From contig OZ242220.1 in NCBI GenBank assembly GCA_965206745.1, positions 1,280,001 through 1,344,000 of the forward strand: DNA of 64,000 nucleotides, in the 5' to 3' direction. The translations under genes and the position numbers were made by a program. Below, one piece after another: positions 19,438-29,193 of the stretch. Under the pieces are notes generated by a model. It did not search any database and was not told where the DNA came from. It was given only the letters and a program-made list of their open reading frames with translations. The stretch's first letter is position 1; every line of letters begins with the position of its first letter. Source of the DNA: Nitrosopumilus sp. (GTDB lineage Archaea > Thermoproteota > Nitrososphaeria > Nitrososphaerales > Nitrosopumilaceae).

Positions 19438-20714
19438 TTTTTCACCGATTTTAGTGCCATATTGTATGCATCAAGAGTCTTGTTCAAATCAGTTTCAGTA
19501 TGGGCATCAGATAGGAAGACCACCTCGAATTGAGACGGTGCGATAAAGACGCCTCTCTTCAGCAAGGTTTGGAAGAGTTTTTGAAATTTCCGAGCATCTG
19601 CATTCTTTGATGTTTGATAGTCAGTAACAGGCTTGTTTGTAAAGAAAATCTGGAACATTGAGGCTGTAAAATTGATTTGGTGTGGAATCTTCATATCAGT
19701 TGCCATATCATCCAAAGCGACAGAGAAGAGCAGGTTGAATCTCTCCAGTTTGGAGTATAGTTTGTTCTTGATTTTGTTAATTGTCTTAATTGAGGCAATT
19801 GCGGCACTGACTGAAATTGGGTTTCCGGCAAATGTGCTTGCCTGGTAAACTTTGCCACCGGGTGAAAGCAAATCCATCATCTCTTTTTTTCCGCCTACAG
19901 CAGAGATGACAAAGCCGTTACTAAGGGCTTTGGCCATCGTTGTAATGTCGGGCCTTATTCCAAAATGTTCTTGAGCCCCACCTGGTGCGACTCTAAAACC
20001 AGTTACGACTTCATCAAAAATTAACGGGATGTCCTCTTCACTAGTAATTTTTCTCAAATCAGACAAGAAATTCTTTTCAGGCAAAATCAATCCCATGTTG
20101 GCAAGAATGGGCTCCACAATAACTCCGGCAATGTCCTTATTTTTTCTAATTGTTTTTTGTAAATCCTCAATGTCATTATATTTTACAACCAGCGTGTTTT
20201 TTGAGACTTCGTCTAATCCGCCATCTGAAACAGAGATGCCGTTGTGGGCAGAGCCAGAACCGGCTTTTACCAGGACAGAGTCATGTGCGCCATGATAGCA
20301 GCCCTCAAATTTAATAATTTTCTTCTTTTTTGTAAATCCGCGTGCCAACCTGATTGCAGTCATTGTGGCCTCACCGCCGGTATTCATCAGCCTTACTTTA
20401 TCAACTGCAGGAAAGTTGCCGATAATTAATTTTGAAAGTTCAACCTCAGACTCAGTCGGAGTGCAGTATAGGGTTCCCCTTGAAAGCTGATTTGTCACAG
20501 ATCGGATGATCTCCTTTCTCCCATGACCCAATAGTAATGCGCCATAGCCATTGCAATAGTCAATGTATCTGTTATTGTCAACATCCCAAATGTATGCGCC
20601 ATTTGCTTTTTTTGTGAAAAATGGATAAGGTTCAAAATACCTAACAGGGCTGTTAACACCTGAAGGAATCATTTTTTTTGCAATATTGAACAGTTTCTTG
20701 GATTCGGACACCAA
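19434..20714 (-). CDS. hemL: Glutamate-1-semialdehyde 2,1-aminomutase
   Basis: GVNSPVR, FEGCYHG, FDEVVTGFR. Confidence 0.97.
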   Translation of the reverse strand: MVSESKKLFNIAKKMIPSGVNSPVRYFEPYPFFTKKANGAYIWDVDNNRYIDYCNGYGALLLGHGRKEIIRSVTNQLSRGTLYCTPTESEVELSKLIIGNFPAVDKVRLMNTGGEATMTAIRLARGFTKKKKIIKFEGCYHGAHDSVLVKAGSGSAHNGISVSDGGLDEVSKNTLVVKYNDIEDLQKTIRKNKDIAGVIVEPILANMGLILPEKNFLSDLRKITSEEDIPLIFDEVVTGFRVAPGGAQEHFGIRPDITTMAKALSNGFVISAVGGKKEMMDLLSPGGKVYQASTFAGNPISVSAAIASIKTINKIKNKLYSKLERFNLLFSVALDDMATDMKIPHQINFTASMFQIFFTNKPVTDYQTSKNADARKFQKLFQTLLKRGVFIAPSQFEVVFLSDAHTETDLNKTLDAYNMALKSVKN

Positions 20715-20736
20715 TCAGAGATATTTTGGGTCATTA

Positions 20737-21420
20737 TTATTCGTAATTTGTTGCCCTTTGTGCTTGAAACTTCTTTCTGAATAGAAAAGCGGCAATACTA
20801 GTCCCAACATAGGGGGCAGTCCAGTATAGCCAAAGATTCTCAAAGGTGCCAGATAGCAGTGCTGGGGCCAGTGCCCGGGCAGGATTCATCGAGGCCCCAG
20901 AGATAAAGGCCAAAAATAAAATATCCAACCCAACTATGCCCCCGATTGCAACGCCGCTGAATCCTCTCAGGCCCTTGGTATACACAACGTAGAAAATTAC
21001 GCCCATCAGCATTGCAGAGGCTAAAACCTCAACTGGAAAAATTACAAATACTGAAAAGTCAGGGTTTGGGGCATTAGCTCCAAGATGTGCTTTGTCTCCA
21101 ATAAATGTTAAAACAAAAAGTGAGCCCAGCAATGCGCCAATTAGTTCTGCTCCAAAATAGTATATGACTTGAATCTTTGATATATGCCCGGTGATATAAT
21201 ATCCAATCGTTACAGCAGGATTAAAATGGGCCAAAGATATCCTCCCAAAAGAATAAACACCAATTAGCAAAGCAACAAAGGGAGCCAAGGCAACAAAAGG
21301 AATTCCCAGACTACCATCAAAAAACTCAGCATCATATACAATCGAACCAGTTGCAAAGACTACTAGAATAAATGTCCCTGCAAGCTCCACAGCAAAGATC
21401 TGCAAGTTTGAGCCGGTCAT
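20737..21420 (-). CDS. MIP/aquaporin channel (probable arsenite channel)
   Basis: Two NPA motifs (HFNPAVT, SMNPARA); overlaps arsC. Confidence 0.93.
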   Translation of the reverse strand: MTGSNLQIFAVELAGTFILVVFATGSIVYDAEFFDGSLGIPFVALAPFVALLIGVYSFGRISLAHFNPAVTIGYYITGHISKIQVIYYFGAELIGALLGSLFVLTFIGDKAHLGANAPNPDFSVFVIFPVEVLASAMLMGVIFYVVYTKGLRGFSGVAIGGIVGLDILFLAFISGASMNPARALAPALLSGTFENLWLYWTAPYVGTSIAAFLFRKKFQAQRATNYE

Positions 21421-21827
21421 TTAGCTGATCCTTCAAGGGATTCAAGAAGATTCAGAACCTCGGATCTGATCCTGTCTCGAATTGTTCTGACTTGGTCGAT
21501 GGTTTTTTCTTTAGGATCAGGGATGCTCCAATCAATGACATTTTCTGCAGACAGTGAAGGGCAATATTCTTTATCCATACACCCCATGTTGACTGTCGTG
21601 GAAGAATTCTCAATCATGAAATTGGTCAATAGTTTTGGCACTTGATCAGTCATGTCAATCCCAATCTCTTTCATCACATCAATTACAATCGGATCAAGTT
21701 GTACCAGTGGGGCAGTGCCGGCACTTGAAACACTGAATCGTTTTGAGGCAAATTTTCTGAAAAAAGCTTCGGCCATCTGGCTCCTTCTGGCATTTTCCAC
21801 GCATACAAACAGGACATCTTCAGGCAT
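21417..21827 (-). CDS. arsC: Thioredoxin-type arsenate reductase (LMW-PTP fold)
   Basis: CVENARRSQMAE, MGC-x5-CP, DWSIPDP. Confidence 0.88.
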   Translation of the reverse strand: MPEDVLFVCVENARRSQMAEAFFRKFASKRFSVSSAGTAPLVQLDPIVIDVMKEIGIDMTDQVPKLLTNFMIENSSTTVNMGCMDKEYCPSLSAENVIDWSIPDPKEKTIDQVRTIRDRIRSEVLNLLESLEGSAK

Positions 21828-21873
21828 ATCTAGATCATCACATAAATATTAGTTTATATAAATTTAAATTGAT

Positions 21874-22173
21874 ATGAATGGTGTCAGTCTCTTAAAATGC
21901 ATCTGCAACGAGACACGTTTTGAGATGCTGGATCTTTTACAAAAAAACAAGGAATTGTGTGTAAATGACTTTGTGCAAAGGTTAGAGAAGGATCAGCCGC
22001 TAGTCTCCCACCACCTAAAGACACTCAAAAGATGCGGAATTGTAAAATCCAGAGACGAGGGCAAAAAGGCAATGTATGCAATATCAAGCAATCAACTATC
22101 AGAATTAATATCAAACATAACAAGGGCCAGCAAGAAAATTCCAGTTCTGTGCTCAGATGACAATTGCTGTTAA
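21874..22173 (+). CDS. arsR: ArsR/SmtB transcriptional regulator
   Basis: ELCVND, QPLVSHHLKTL; C-terminal C-x4-CC. Confidence 0.9.
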   Translation: MNGVSLLKCICNETRFEMLDLLQKNKELCVNDFVQRLEKDQPLVSHHLKTLKRCGIVKSRDEGKKAMYAISSNQLSELISNITRASKKIPVLCSDDNCC

Positions 22174-22472
22174 AATTTTTCGGTTCTTACTACGCCAACG
22201 TCACAGACATAAAGAACGATGGCAAAATTTGCAAACATGGTTCTTGAAACCTCTTCTACCACGTCCTGTAATTTTTCCTCGCGCATGATCACTTCGACTT
22301 TGACATTTTTTTCATTCTTTAGTCCCTGGCCGCGAATTCCGCGCGCGCCATTCCCATCCACCTCATAGGTTGTGTAACCGGTGATCTGGTGCTTGTTTAA
22401 AATTTCAATAATGTTTTTTTGAGCAAGAATTTCACAAGTGATGGTTAATAATTTTACGTTGTAAAGTTTCAT
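22170..22472 (-). CDS. sbtB: PII-like regulator SbtB
   Basis: GYTTYEVDGNGARG, NVKVEVI, VVRTEKF; ATGA overlap with sbtA. Confidence 0.85.
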   Translation of the reverse strand: MKLYNVKLLTITCEILAQKNIIEILNKHQITGYTTYEVDGNGARGIRGQGLKNEKNVKVEVIMREEKLQDVVEEVSRTMFANFAIVLYVCDVGVVRTEKF

Positions 22473-23551
22473 GTCCAAACCTTTGTGATGTAATTGAATA
22501 AATCTATCGATCCATCCCCATTATGCACTATTGTGGAGATGGTAAACATGATTGGAAGCAGTACTATGATATTGTATGGGAATGTAATGCCCAAAGCAGA
22601 TGTAATGTAGAGGCTGGGTTTTGCTTGGGGAATTGCATGGCGTAAGACTGCGGGGGCGGCAATAAATGAAGCACTGGCCAGCAACAGACCAAACATTACG
22701 GCTCCACCCAGACTCAAACCTATAGCAGTTGCAACCAAGACCCCCACTATCCCATTGAAGGTAGGCATCACTACAGCAAATGCAGTAAGAAAGATCCCAA
22801 CTTTTCTGATGTCATCTAACCTCTGACCTGCAATAATTCCCATCTCAATCATAAATATTACAATGGCCCCAGTAAACATCTCATCAAAGACTATTTTGAT
22901 TGGAGCAAAGCCTTCCTCCCCTATGACATATCCGATGACGATGCTGCCCAAAAGAATCACGATGGCCTTGCCCGTTATGGATTCATGTAAAACCTGAGAG
23001 AGTTTCGTTTTTGTTTCTTTAATGCCCATATCAATTTCAGAGTCATCCTCGGTGAATGATTTTTTCTTCTGGCGAATTTGTTTTGAAACTGCCACATTTG
23101 TCAAAAATATCGCCATAATGAAGGCCACAGGTTCCAAGACGGCCAGAATTGCTGCAAGGTAGCCTTCAGATGTTACGCCCTGATTCTTCAGGAAGGATAG
23201 CCCCACTGAGAATGTGACAGCCCCGACTGCGCCATATGTTGATGCCAATGCATAAGAGTCAAAAATGTTGAATTTCCCCAGCCTTCTCAAAATTTGATAG
23301 TGGTTTAATGTGAATAGCAGCGACAGTCCGATTGCTATTAACATCGGGATCAGCATATTTTCAAACCCAGTATTTCTCATCTCTATGCCGCCATGAAGGC
23401 CAATTGCCGCAAGAAGATAGATCGGTAAGAATTCCGAAATAGCCTCAGGTATCTTCAAATCAGATTTTATCCTAGCTGCGATAATTCCAAATAAGAAGAA
23501 GAGGATTATCGGGGTAAGTAAGTTAGACTGTATCAGTTGTAGTATATCCAT
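22469..23551 (-). CDS. sbtA: Sodium-dependent bicarbonate transporter SbtA family
   Basis: SDLKIP, YLLAAIGLHGG, ASASFIAAPA, LGITFPYNI. Confidence 0.92.
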   Translation of the reverse strand: MDILQLIQSNLLTPIILFFLFGIIAARIKSDLKIPEAISEFLPIYLLAAIGLHGGIEMRNTGFENMLIPMLIAIGLSLLFTLNHYQILRRLGKFNIFDSYALASTYGAVGAVTFSVGLSFLKNQGVTSEGYLAAILAVLEPVAFIMAIFLTNVAVSKQIRQKKKSFTEDDSEIDMGIKETKTKLSQVLHESITGKAIVILLGSIVIGYVIGEEGFAPIKIVFDEMFTGAIVIFMIEMGIIAGQRLDDIRKVGIFLTAFAVVMPTFNGIVGVLVATAIGLSLGGAVMFGLLLASASFIAAPAVLRHAIPQAKPSLYITSALGITFPYNIIVLLPIMFTISTIVHNGDGSIDLFNYITKVWT

Positions 23552-23789
23552 TTGATTATCTCAAAAAAAAATTGCTGAAATAAAAACCAAGGTATTATTG
23601 AAAATCAAACAGATGAATCATGCAGGCAAACTCGATTCTTACGGTAGTATGCAAGAGAGATATTGTCAAATCTTCTGGATCTAAACACGAAATACGGATC
23701 TTATTCGAATTCAAAAAATCTCCTACTCTGGTCAAATATTTCGATCTGATCACCATATTTGATGAGTCACAACTGAACAGTAGAATAAT

Positions 23790-25352
23790 CTATTCTTCAC
23801 AATTTGACAGCAAATCGCCCTTGGAATCTGAATAACATCGATCAGAATTTGCGCCGCCATCTATCACATCAGAGCCGGAATTGGCATAGATCACATCAAC
23901 ACCGGATCTGCCTTTTAGGACATCATTGCCGGAATTCCCCCTGATTGTATCATTGCCATCATCGCCGGAGATAACATCATTTCCGGTACCGCCAAAGATA
24001 CAGTCATTTCCAGCGCCTCCAGAGATAAGATCATTTCCGGATAATCCAAAGATCAAGTCGTCCCCGTCAGTGCCTGAAAGAAGATCATCACCAATGGTCC
24101 CCTTTATGAGGTTGTAATCAGAATGATTGTTTCCACACGTATTTACAATGATTTTTTGGTATGCTATAGAGCGATGTCCGGTATAATCAAATGCAATCCA
24201 AATAATATTAGTTATGCCAGGCGAGAACATCTCAGGAGCATTATTAATAATCGCTTTAATTCCGCCATCATCAGTGGCATTTGCATCCCCATAAACGATA
24301 CTAGTTAGCAGATCTTCGGCCTCAACTATTAATGAATCAGGAGCAGTGATTACAGGCAGGGTTTGATCTCTAGATGGAGGCCTTGTCTCTTTAGGAACGA
24401 CAAAATAAGGCTCTGCTGATTGTTCAAAAAACGGTGTCTCAAATGATTGTATGGAGTGTGTTGGGGAATCTGCAACTAGCAATTCACCATTGATTCCAAT
24501 TGCCATACCAGCAACATGTTTAAAGGAATCAGGATACGAGCCATTTTGAACCGCTTGAGGGATTCTCAAAGTAGAATTTTGAGACAAGTGCAAAATTTTG
24601 CCAGTGTTGGAATTTACAACAAACATGCCACCGTCAGGGTCAATAGTTATGGCCTCAGGTGCAAATACATAGCCTGGAAAATAAAATGGGAATGCTTGTA
24701 GCAGCTGGCCTTCGGCGTCGAATTTTTCAATTTTGCCATTTCCTTTATCGGCGATGTAAATATTTCCATCTTTATCTGCATCAATTCCAGCAAGATTCAA
24801 GAACTGGCCAGGGCCTAAGCCACTTGAACCAAAAGAGGAGACAAATTCACCCTCAGTGGAAAATATTTGAATTCTTTGATTTCCATTATCAGACACGTAC
24901 AAAAGTCCATTGCTCAGAGTGATTCCATTAGGATAGAAGAATTGGCCTTCGGCAGTCCCCTTTGTCCCCCATGCCAAAACAAACTCTCCATCTAGGGAAA
25001 ACTTTTGAATGCGATTTAGATCACGGTCTGAGACAAAAACAGAATCAGCATTCACTGCAATGCCAGAAGGATTGTAAAAGGAACCAAAGTCTTTTCCGCC
25101 CTCACCCCAATGGGTGAGATACTGGCCACTGCTTGAGAATTTTTGAATGCGTTTGTTGCCAAAGTCACTTACATAGATACTGCCGTCTTCGCCTACTGTA
25201 ATGGATTGAGGGTGTGTAAATTTACCAGGCTCGGTGGCCCCGTATTTGCCCCACTGGTGTAATAAATCATAATCTGCAATTCCAAAAGAGGTTTGGGCAA
25301 AAGTGGCTAGTAGCAATACAGAGACGGCCAAAATTGTGAGAATCAGTTTCAA
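23790..25352 (-). CDS. Secreted NHL-repeat / HYR-like / RTX Ca-binding protein
   Basis: Signal peptide; YVSD..N.RIQKF repeats; DQTLPVITAP; GGxGNDx nonapeptides. Confidence 0.88.
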   Translation of the reverse strand: MKLILTILAVSVLLLATFAQTSFGIADYDLLHQWGKYGATEPGKFTHPQSITVGEDGSIYVSDFGNKRIQKFSSSGQYLTHWGEGGKDFGSFYNPSGIAVNADSVFVSDRDLNRIQKFSLDGEFVLAWGTKGTAEGQFFYPNGITLSNGLLYVSDNGNQRIQIFSTEGEFVSSFGSSGLGPGQFLNLAGIDADKDGNIYIADKGNGKIEKFDAEGQLLQAFPFYFPGYVFAPEAITIDPDGGMFVVNSNTGKILHLSQNSTLRIPQAVQNGSYPDSFKHVAGMAIGINGELLVADSPTHSIQSFETPFFEQSAEPYFVVPKETRPPSRDQTLPVITAPDSLIVEAEDLLTSIVYGDANATDDGGIKAIINNAPEMFSPGITNIIWIAFDYTGHRSIAYQKIIVNTCGNNHSDYNLIKGTIGDDLLSGTDGDDLIFGLSGNDLISGGAGNDCIFGGTGNDVISGDDGNDTIRGNSGNDVLKGRSGVDVIYANSGSDVIDGGANSDRCYSDSKGDLLSNCEE

Positions 25353-25423
25353 CGATCCATCATGACGAAATTAGAGAAACATAGTCAGAGTTAACTAATA
25401 TTGCAATTTTTGTCAATTTTATC

Positions 25424-26209
25424 TCAAAATGGCTTGTTTACCTCACGCGTAAACACATAACTTGCAAGTGCCACCATAACCAGTACAAATGCTACCAAAA
25501 CCCCCAAACTCAGAATTATCGGGATTCCACCCTCAGATAGGCCAGTCATCAATTCCCGAACCAGCAACACAGTGTAAGTGACCGGATTTAATTTTGCAAT
25601 CACTGCAAGCCAATCAGGCAGCAATTCTAATGGGAATAGCGCAGGACTAAGCATGAACAGAGGCATTCCAAGAAAATTAATCAGCCCCCAGAAAGTCTCC
25701 TGGGACTTTGCAATGGCTGCAATCATTACAGAAATTCCAGAAAAGCCTAAAGAGAACAAAATGACTATTGCCATGATTGGCGCAATCATTATCGGATTAG
25801 GAAAACTGACGCCTATGGCCAGGGCAATTCCCAAAATCAGGCTTGCTTGCAATGCGGCAATCAGGGAGATTGCCGACATCTTTCCCAACGCAATTGCAGA
25901 GCGGGATATCGGAGAGGACAAGGCTTTGTTCATAAAACCATATCTCCTATCCCACAGGGTATTGACACCGCCAAAGATGCTAGTAAAAATGGCAGTAAGA
26001 ATAATGACGCCAGGTGCCATAAATTCAATATATTCGCCTTCAAACCCAACGGACTGGATTAATGGCTGCGTTCCAGAAAAAGTATTTCCAATCACAATGA
26101 TCCAAATCGCAGGCTGAATCAGTCGAATCAGAACACCACTTCGGGATTTTTTGTATCTCTTCAGCTCCCTCCAAAAAATCGTATAAGTGTCATAGGGCAA
26201 ATTGTTCAT
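25424..26209 (-). CDS. ABC-2 type permease
   Basis: FMAPGV, LSPALFPLELLP, NPVTY. Confidence 0.93.
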   Translation of the reverse strand: MNNLPYDTYTIFWRELKRYKKSRSGVLIRLIQPAIWIIVIGNTFSGTQPLIQSVGFEGEYIEFMAPGVIILTAIFTSIFGGVNTLWDRRYGFMNKALSSPISRSAIALGKMSAISLIAALQASLILGIALAIGVSFPNPIMIAPIMAIVILFSLGFSGISVMIAAIAKSQETFWGLINFLGMPLFMLSPALFPLELLPDWLAVIAKLNPVTYTVLLVRELMTGLSEGGIPIILSLGVLVAFVLVMVALASYVFTREVNKPF

Positions 26210-27204
26210 GCGCGTAGCCTCTTTATCTTTGCATGCTCACGCTTCCGATTAAAACCAGAGTCATCATCTCTAATCTCATGCCCTGTATAGGAGATAAAGA
26301 CGTCATCAAGTGTGGGCTGGGTCAGAGATATGGATTTAATTTTAATGCCAAGTGTTGATGAAATTTGAAAGATTTTTGGAATTACTTCAGTGCCATTTGA
26401 TGCAAAGAGGACAAGCTTTGAGCCATCCTCATTAATTGTCTTTACAAATTCGATCTTCTGAATCTCAGATACAAAGGAATCGTAATTTTCGCCCTTGTCA
26501 ATCACTATAGAGATTACCTCATTGCCCATTGCATTTTTCATGTTTTCAGGCGAGTCAATTATCTGAATCTTCCCGCCATCAATTATCCCAACTCTGTCAC
26601 ACAGTTGATCTGCCTCTTCCATGTAGTGGGTAGATACAAAGATGGTCATGTCAAATTCAGTGTGAATTTTCTTGATATATTCCCAAATTTTTCGACGGGT
26701 TTGGATATCCAATCCGACTGTGGGCTCATCAAGAAACAGCACCTTTGGCCTATGCAGCAATCCTCCTGCAATGTCTAATCTTTTCCTCATGCCTCCAGAA
26801 TACGTGACAACGGCCTGATCCTGTTTGTCGACAAGTTCAATTAATTTCAAGATATCGTCAATTCGTTTATCGATCTGCCCTTTTGGAATGTGGTTTAGTT
26901 TGGCTTGCAAAAGGAGGTTTTCTCGCCCTGTGAGATACTCATCAACGGTGGATTCTTGTTGGACATATCCAATATTTTCTCGAACCTGTTTTGGGTTAGC
27001 AGTTACGTCAAATCCAGAAATCAGGGCTTGCCCAGAAGTCGGCTTTAGCAGGGTGGTCAGTATCATCATAGTGGTGCTTTTACCTGCACCGTTAGGTCCT
27101 AGAAATCCAAAGATCTCACCCTTTTGAACTGAAAATGAGATATCGTTTACAGCCGCAACATCGCCAAATGATTTTGTGAGTGATCTTGTTTCTATAGAAT
27201 ACAA
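26206..27204 (-). CDS. ABC transporter ATP-binding protein (DrrA-like)
   Basis: GPNGAGKS, YSGGM, LFLDEPT; probable TTG start. Confidence 0.95.
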   Translation of the reverse strand: MYSIETRSLTKSFGDVAAVNDISFSVQKGEIFGFLGPNGAGKSTTMMILTTLLKPTSGQALISGFDVTANPKQVRENIGYVQQESTVDEYLTGRENLLLQAKLNHIPKGQIDKRIDDILKLIELVDKQDQAVVTYSGGMRKRLDIAGGLLHRPKVLFLDEPTVGLDIQTRRKIWEYIKKIHTEFDMTIFVSTHYMEEADQLCDRVGIIDGGKIQIIDSPENMKNAMGNEVISIVIDKGENYDSFVSEIQKIEFVKTINEDGSKLVLFASNGTEVIPKIFQISSTLGIKIKSISLTQPTLDDVFISYTGHEIRDDDSGFNRKREHAKIKRLRA

Positions 27205-27296
27205 TACATTGATCGCAGATGGCAATTATAAATTGCTAATTATTGGCCCAATCAAAACTCAGAAAAAATTTAAGGAGCAAATAACGAGTATTCATC

Positions 27297-27395
27297 ATGA
27301 AAGGATTATGTCAGAAATGCCACTCATCAAATATCGATGTTACAGTTCAGGAAGGAATTCCTGTATGTGACGTCTGTTCCAAAAAATCAGATTAA
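27297..27395 (+). CDS. 32-aa zinc-ribbon micro-protein (not in ORF track)
   Basis: MKGLCQKCHSSNIDVTVQEGIPVCDVCSKKSD; CxxC-x15-CxxC; TTTAA about 25 nt upstream. Confidence 0.7.
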   Translation: MKGLCQKCHSSNIDVTVQEGIPVCDVCSKKSD

Positions 27396-27422
27396 TCGAA
27401 GATGTCAGTTTGAAAGAAGGGA

Positions 27423-27875
27423 TCATTCAAGGTTCTTGAATTCGTCTTTGGTCATTCTTAAAATGACTCTTTCGCCGACGCCCCAAATTTCAGATTTGGA
27501 CAGAATTTTGGAATGCCTTAAACCGTCACTGACCTCGATGGATTCCAGCTGGTTGGTCTCTGAATTTTTGTGTAATCGCTTTACTTTGCCAATTTTGTGT
27601 CTGTCAATATCAGTGACTGGGATTCCGGTTCTCACAGGGGGCCTGCTAAGAAGCAGTGTTCTCTCAGAAAACTTTTCAATGTAATCCTCAGATAGAAAGT
27701 AGTCTTTGCGAAACCCTTGGTGAATTGTTACACCGTTGACAGCCAGCGTATCTTGGTTAATGTGAATGTGTTTTACTTTGCCGTATTCGATTCCCTCCCT
27801 GTCAATGACCTTTTTTCCAGTAAACGTATCTGCCGTGGTCAGATTTGAAGGCATTCCTTCTAGTTTTATCGACAT
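27423..27875 (-). CDS. Tandem PRC-barrel protein
   Basis: Two units: GKKVIDREG..YGKV and GIPVTDID..KIGKV. Confidence 0.85.
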   Translation of the reverse strand: MSIKLEGMPSNLTTADTFTGKKVIDREGIEYGKVKHIHINQDTLAVNGVTIHQGFRKDYFLSEDYIEKFSERTLLLSRPPVRTGIPVTDIDRHKIGKVKRLHKNSETNQLESIEVSDGLRHSKILSKSEIWGVGERVILRMTKDEFKNLE

Positions 27876-27963
27876 GATGCAAAATCAATAGGTTTGCTTA
27901 TCATACCCAATATCAGAAATTTCTATCAATGAGGTTAAATTACTTGACAGAAGATAGTCACGC

Positions 27964-28287
27964 ATGGAAATAGCAGATGAGTTGTTCAGGCCAATCCTCA
28001 TTACAAGAGGAAGAAAGACAGGCAGGGAGCACCCGGTGATGCTTCGGGCAGTCAATTATAACGGAAAAATATATTTTTCAAGACATAGGCCAGACGGGGA
28101 TTGGTTCAGAAATGTGCTTGCCAACCCAGATGTGAAAATTCAATACAACGATGAGACATTTACAGGAAGGGCACAGTTGGTTGAAGATCCGGAACTTGGC
28201 AGAAAAATATCCATGCTAAAGTATCCAGGAGAAGAAAGGGCAAAGGAGAAGAGGGTCACAATAGAGGTGACCTTGGATTCCAGCTAG
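27964..28287 (+). CDS. F420H2-dependent nitroreductase-like protein (Ddn/DUF385)
   Basis: LITRGRKTG, DWFRNVLANPDV. Confidence 0.85.
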   Translation: MEIADELFRPILITRGRKTGREHPVMLRAVNYNGKIYFSRHRPDGDWFRNVLANPDVKIQYNDETFTGRAQLVEDPELGRKISMLKYPGEERAKEKRVTIEVTLDSS

Positions 28288-29054
28288 GATTTTTTCAAAA
28301 ACTTGCACAGATAGTAGACCGTCAGTCCTCCCAGAATTACGGTGATGACTGCCAGTGGGAAAAATAATTCTGACGGAGCCGTGACTAACTCATCAGAGGA
28401 CAAGGTAGTACTGGCAACTTCCAAAGCCTCCTCTTCCAAAGTCACAGAATCCTCAGAATCCATTTGGGATTCAGATTCAACGATTAGTGCAGGGCCAGAT
28501 TCGCGAGTTGCAGAATAGACATCCTCTGATGATTCAGGCATCGGTATGGAAGATTGAGTTGGCGAGGCATCTCTGCTGGGACTTGGATTAATCGGAACTT
28601 GTTTGCTCTTTGTTATTTGAGATAAGGAGAGCAATCCAGAAAGGCCAGTTGCAAGTCCCAAGCCGGCGACTTTGTAAATATGTCTAAAAGAGCGAACAAG
28701 GAGTTTGCTCTCTTTAGTTTTTTCAGATAGTTTTGGCGGTACTATGACGATGCTGAATTTTGAAGCGGTGTAAACTTTCATGTCTTGTGATTTGGAATTT
28801 TTTTCAATCTTGGATATTTTGACCACCCCAAGGTCTTGTAGCTTGTTGAGGTGATATTTGACGAGTTGGAGTGAGATGTCACTTTTTTGAGCAAGCTGGG
28901 TGGCAGTCAAATCATCATTAAACAGCAGCTGCAGGATTTCACGGCTGGAATCACTTGTAAATACTTCGCCAAATGATTTTATTTTTTCATCATCTGTGGC
29001 CATGATCTTGATATTTTCAGTCAACTCATCATTTGACAAATCATCGGCAGGCAA
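28284..29054 (-). CDS. Membrane-anchored ArsR/wHTH transcriptional regulator
   Basis: SREILQLL..TATQLA..SLQLVKYHLNKL; weak TM1, acidic Ser/Glu loop, C-terminal TM. Confidence 0.85.
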   Translation of the reverse strand: MPADDLSNDELTENIKIMATDDEKIKSFGEVFTSDSSREILQLLFNDDLTATQLAQKSDISLQLVKYHLNKLQDLGVVKISKIEKNSKSQDMKVYTASKFSIVIVPPKLSEKTKESKLLVRSFRHIYKVAGLGLATGLSGLLSLSQITKSKQVPINPSPSRDASPTQSSIPMPESSEDVYSATRESGPALIVESESQMDSEDSVTLEEEALEVASTTLSSDELVTAPSELFFPLAVITVILGGLTVYYLCKFLKKS

Positions 29055-29089
29055 TAGAGTTGATTATCTGATTCCAGTATATGTAAATT

Positions 29090-29117
29090 GTTTGGTGAAA
29101 TTTGAATTTCACTAAAC
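29090..29117. promoter_or_regulatory. 13-2-13 inverted repeat (ArsR-type operator) between divergent genes
   Basis: GTTTGGTGAAATT-TG-AATTTCACTAAAC, one mismatch; adjacent CTTTTATT TATA-like box. Confidence 0.7.
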
Positions 29118-29193
29118 CTTTTATTCCAAACTATGAATTATAGTGTAAATGACAATTTCCAAGAGCAGGCGGCAATTAAAGCGAGGATAAAAA

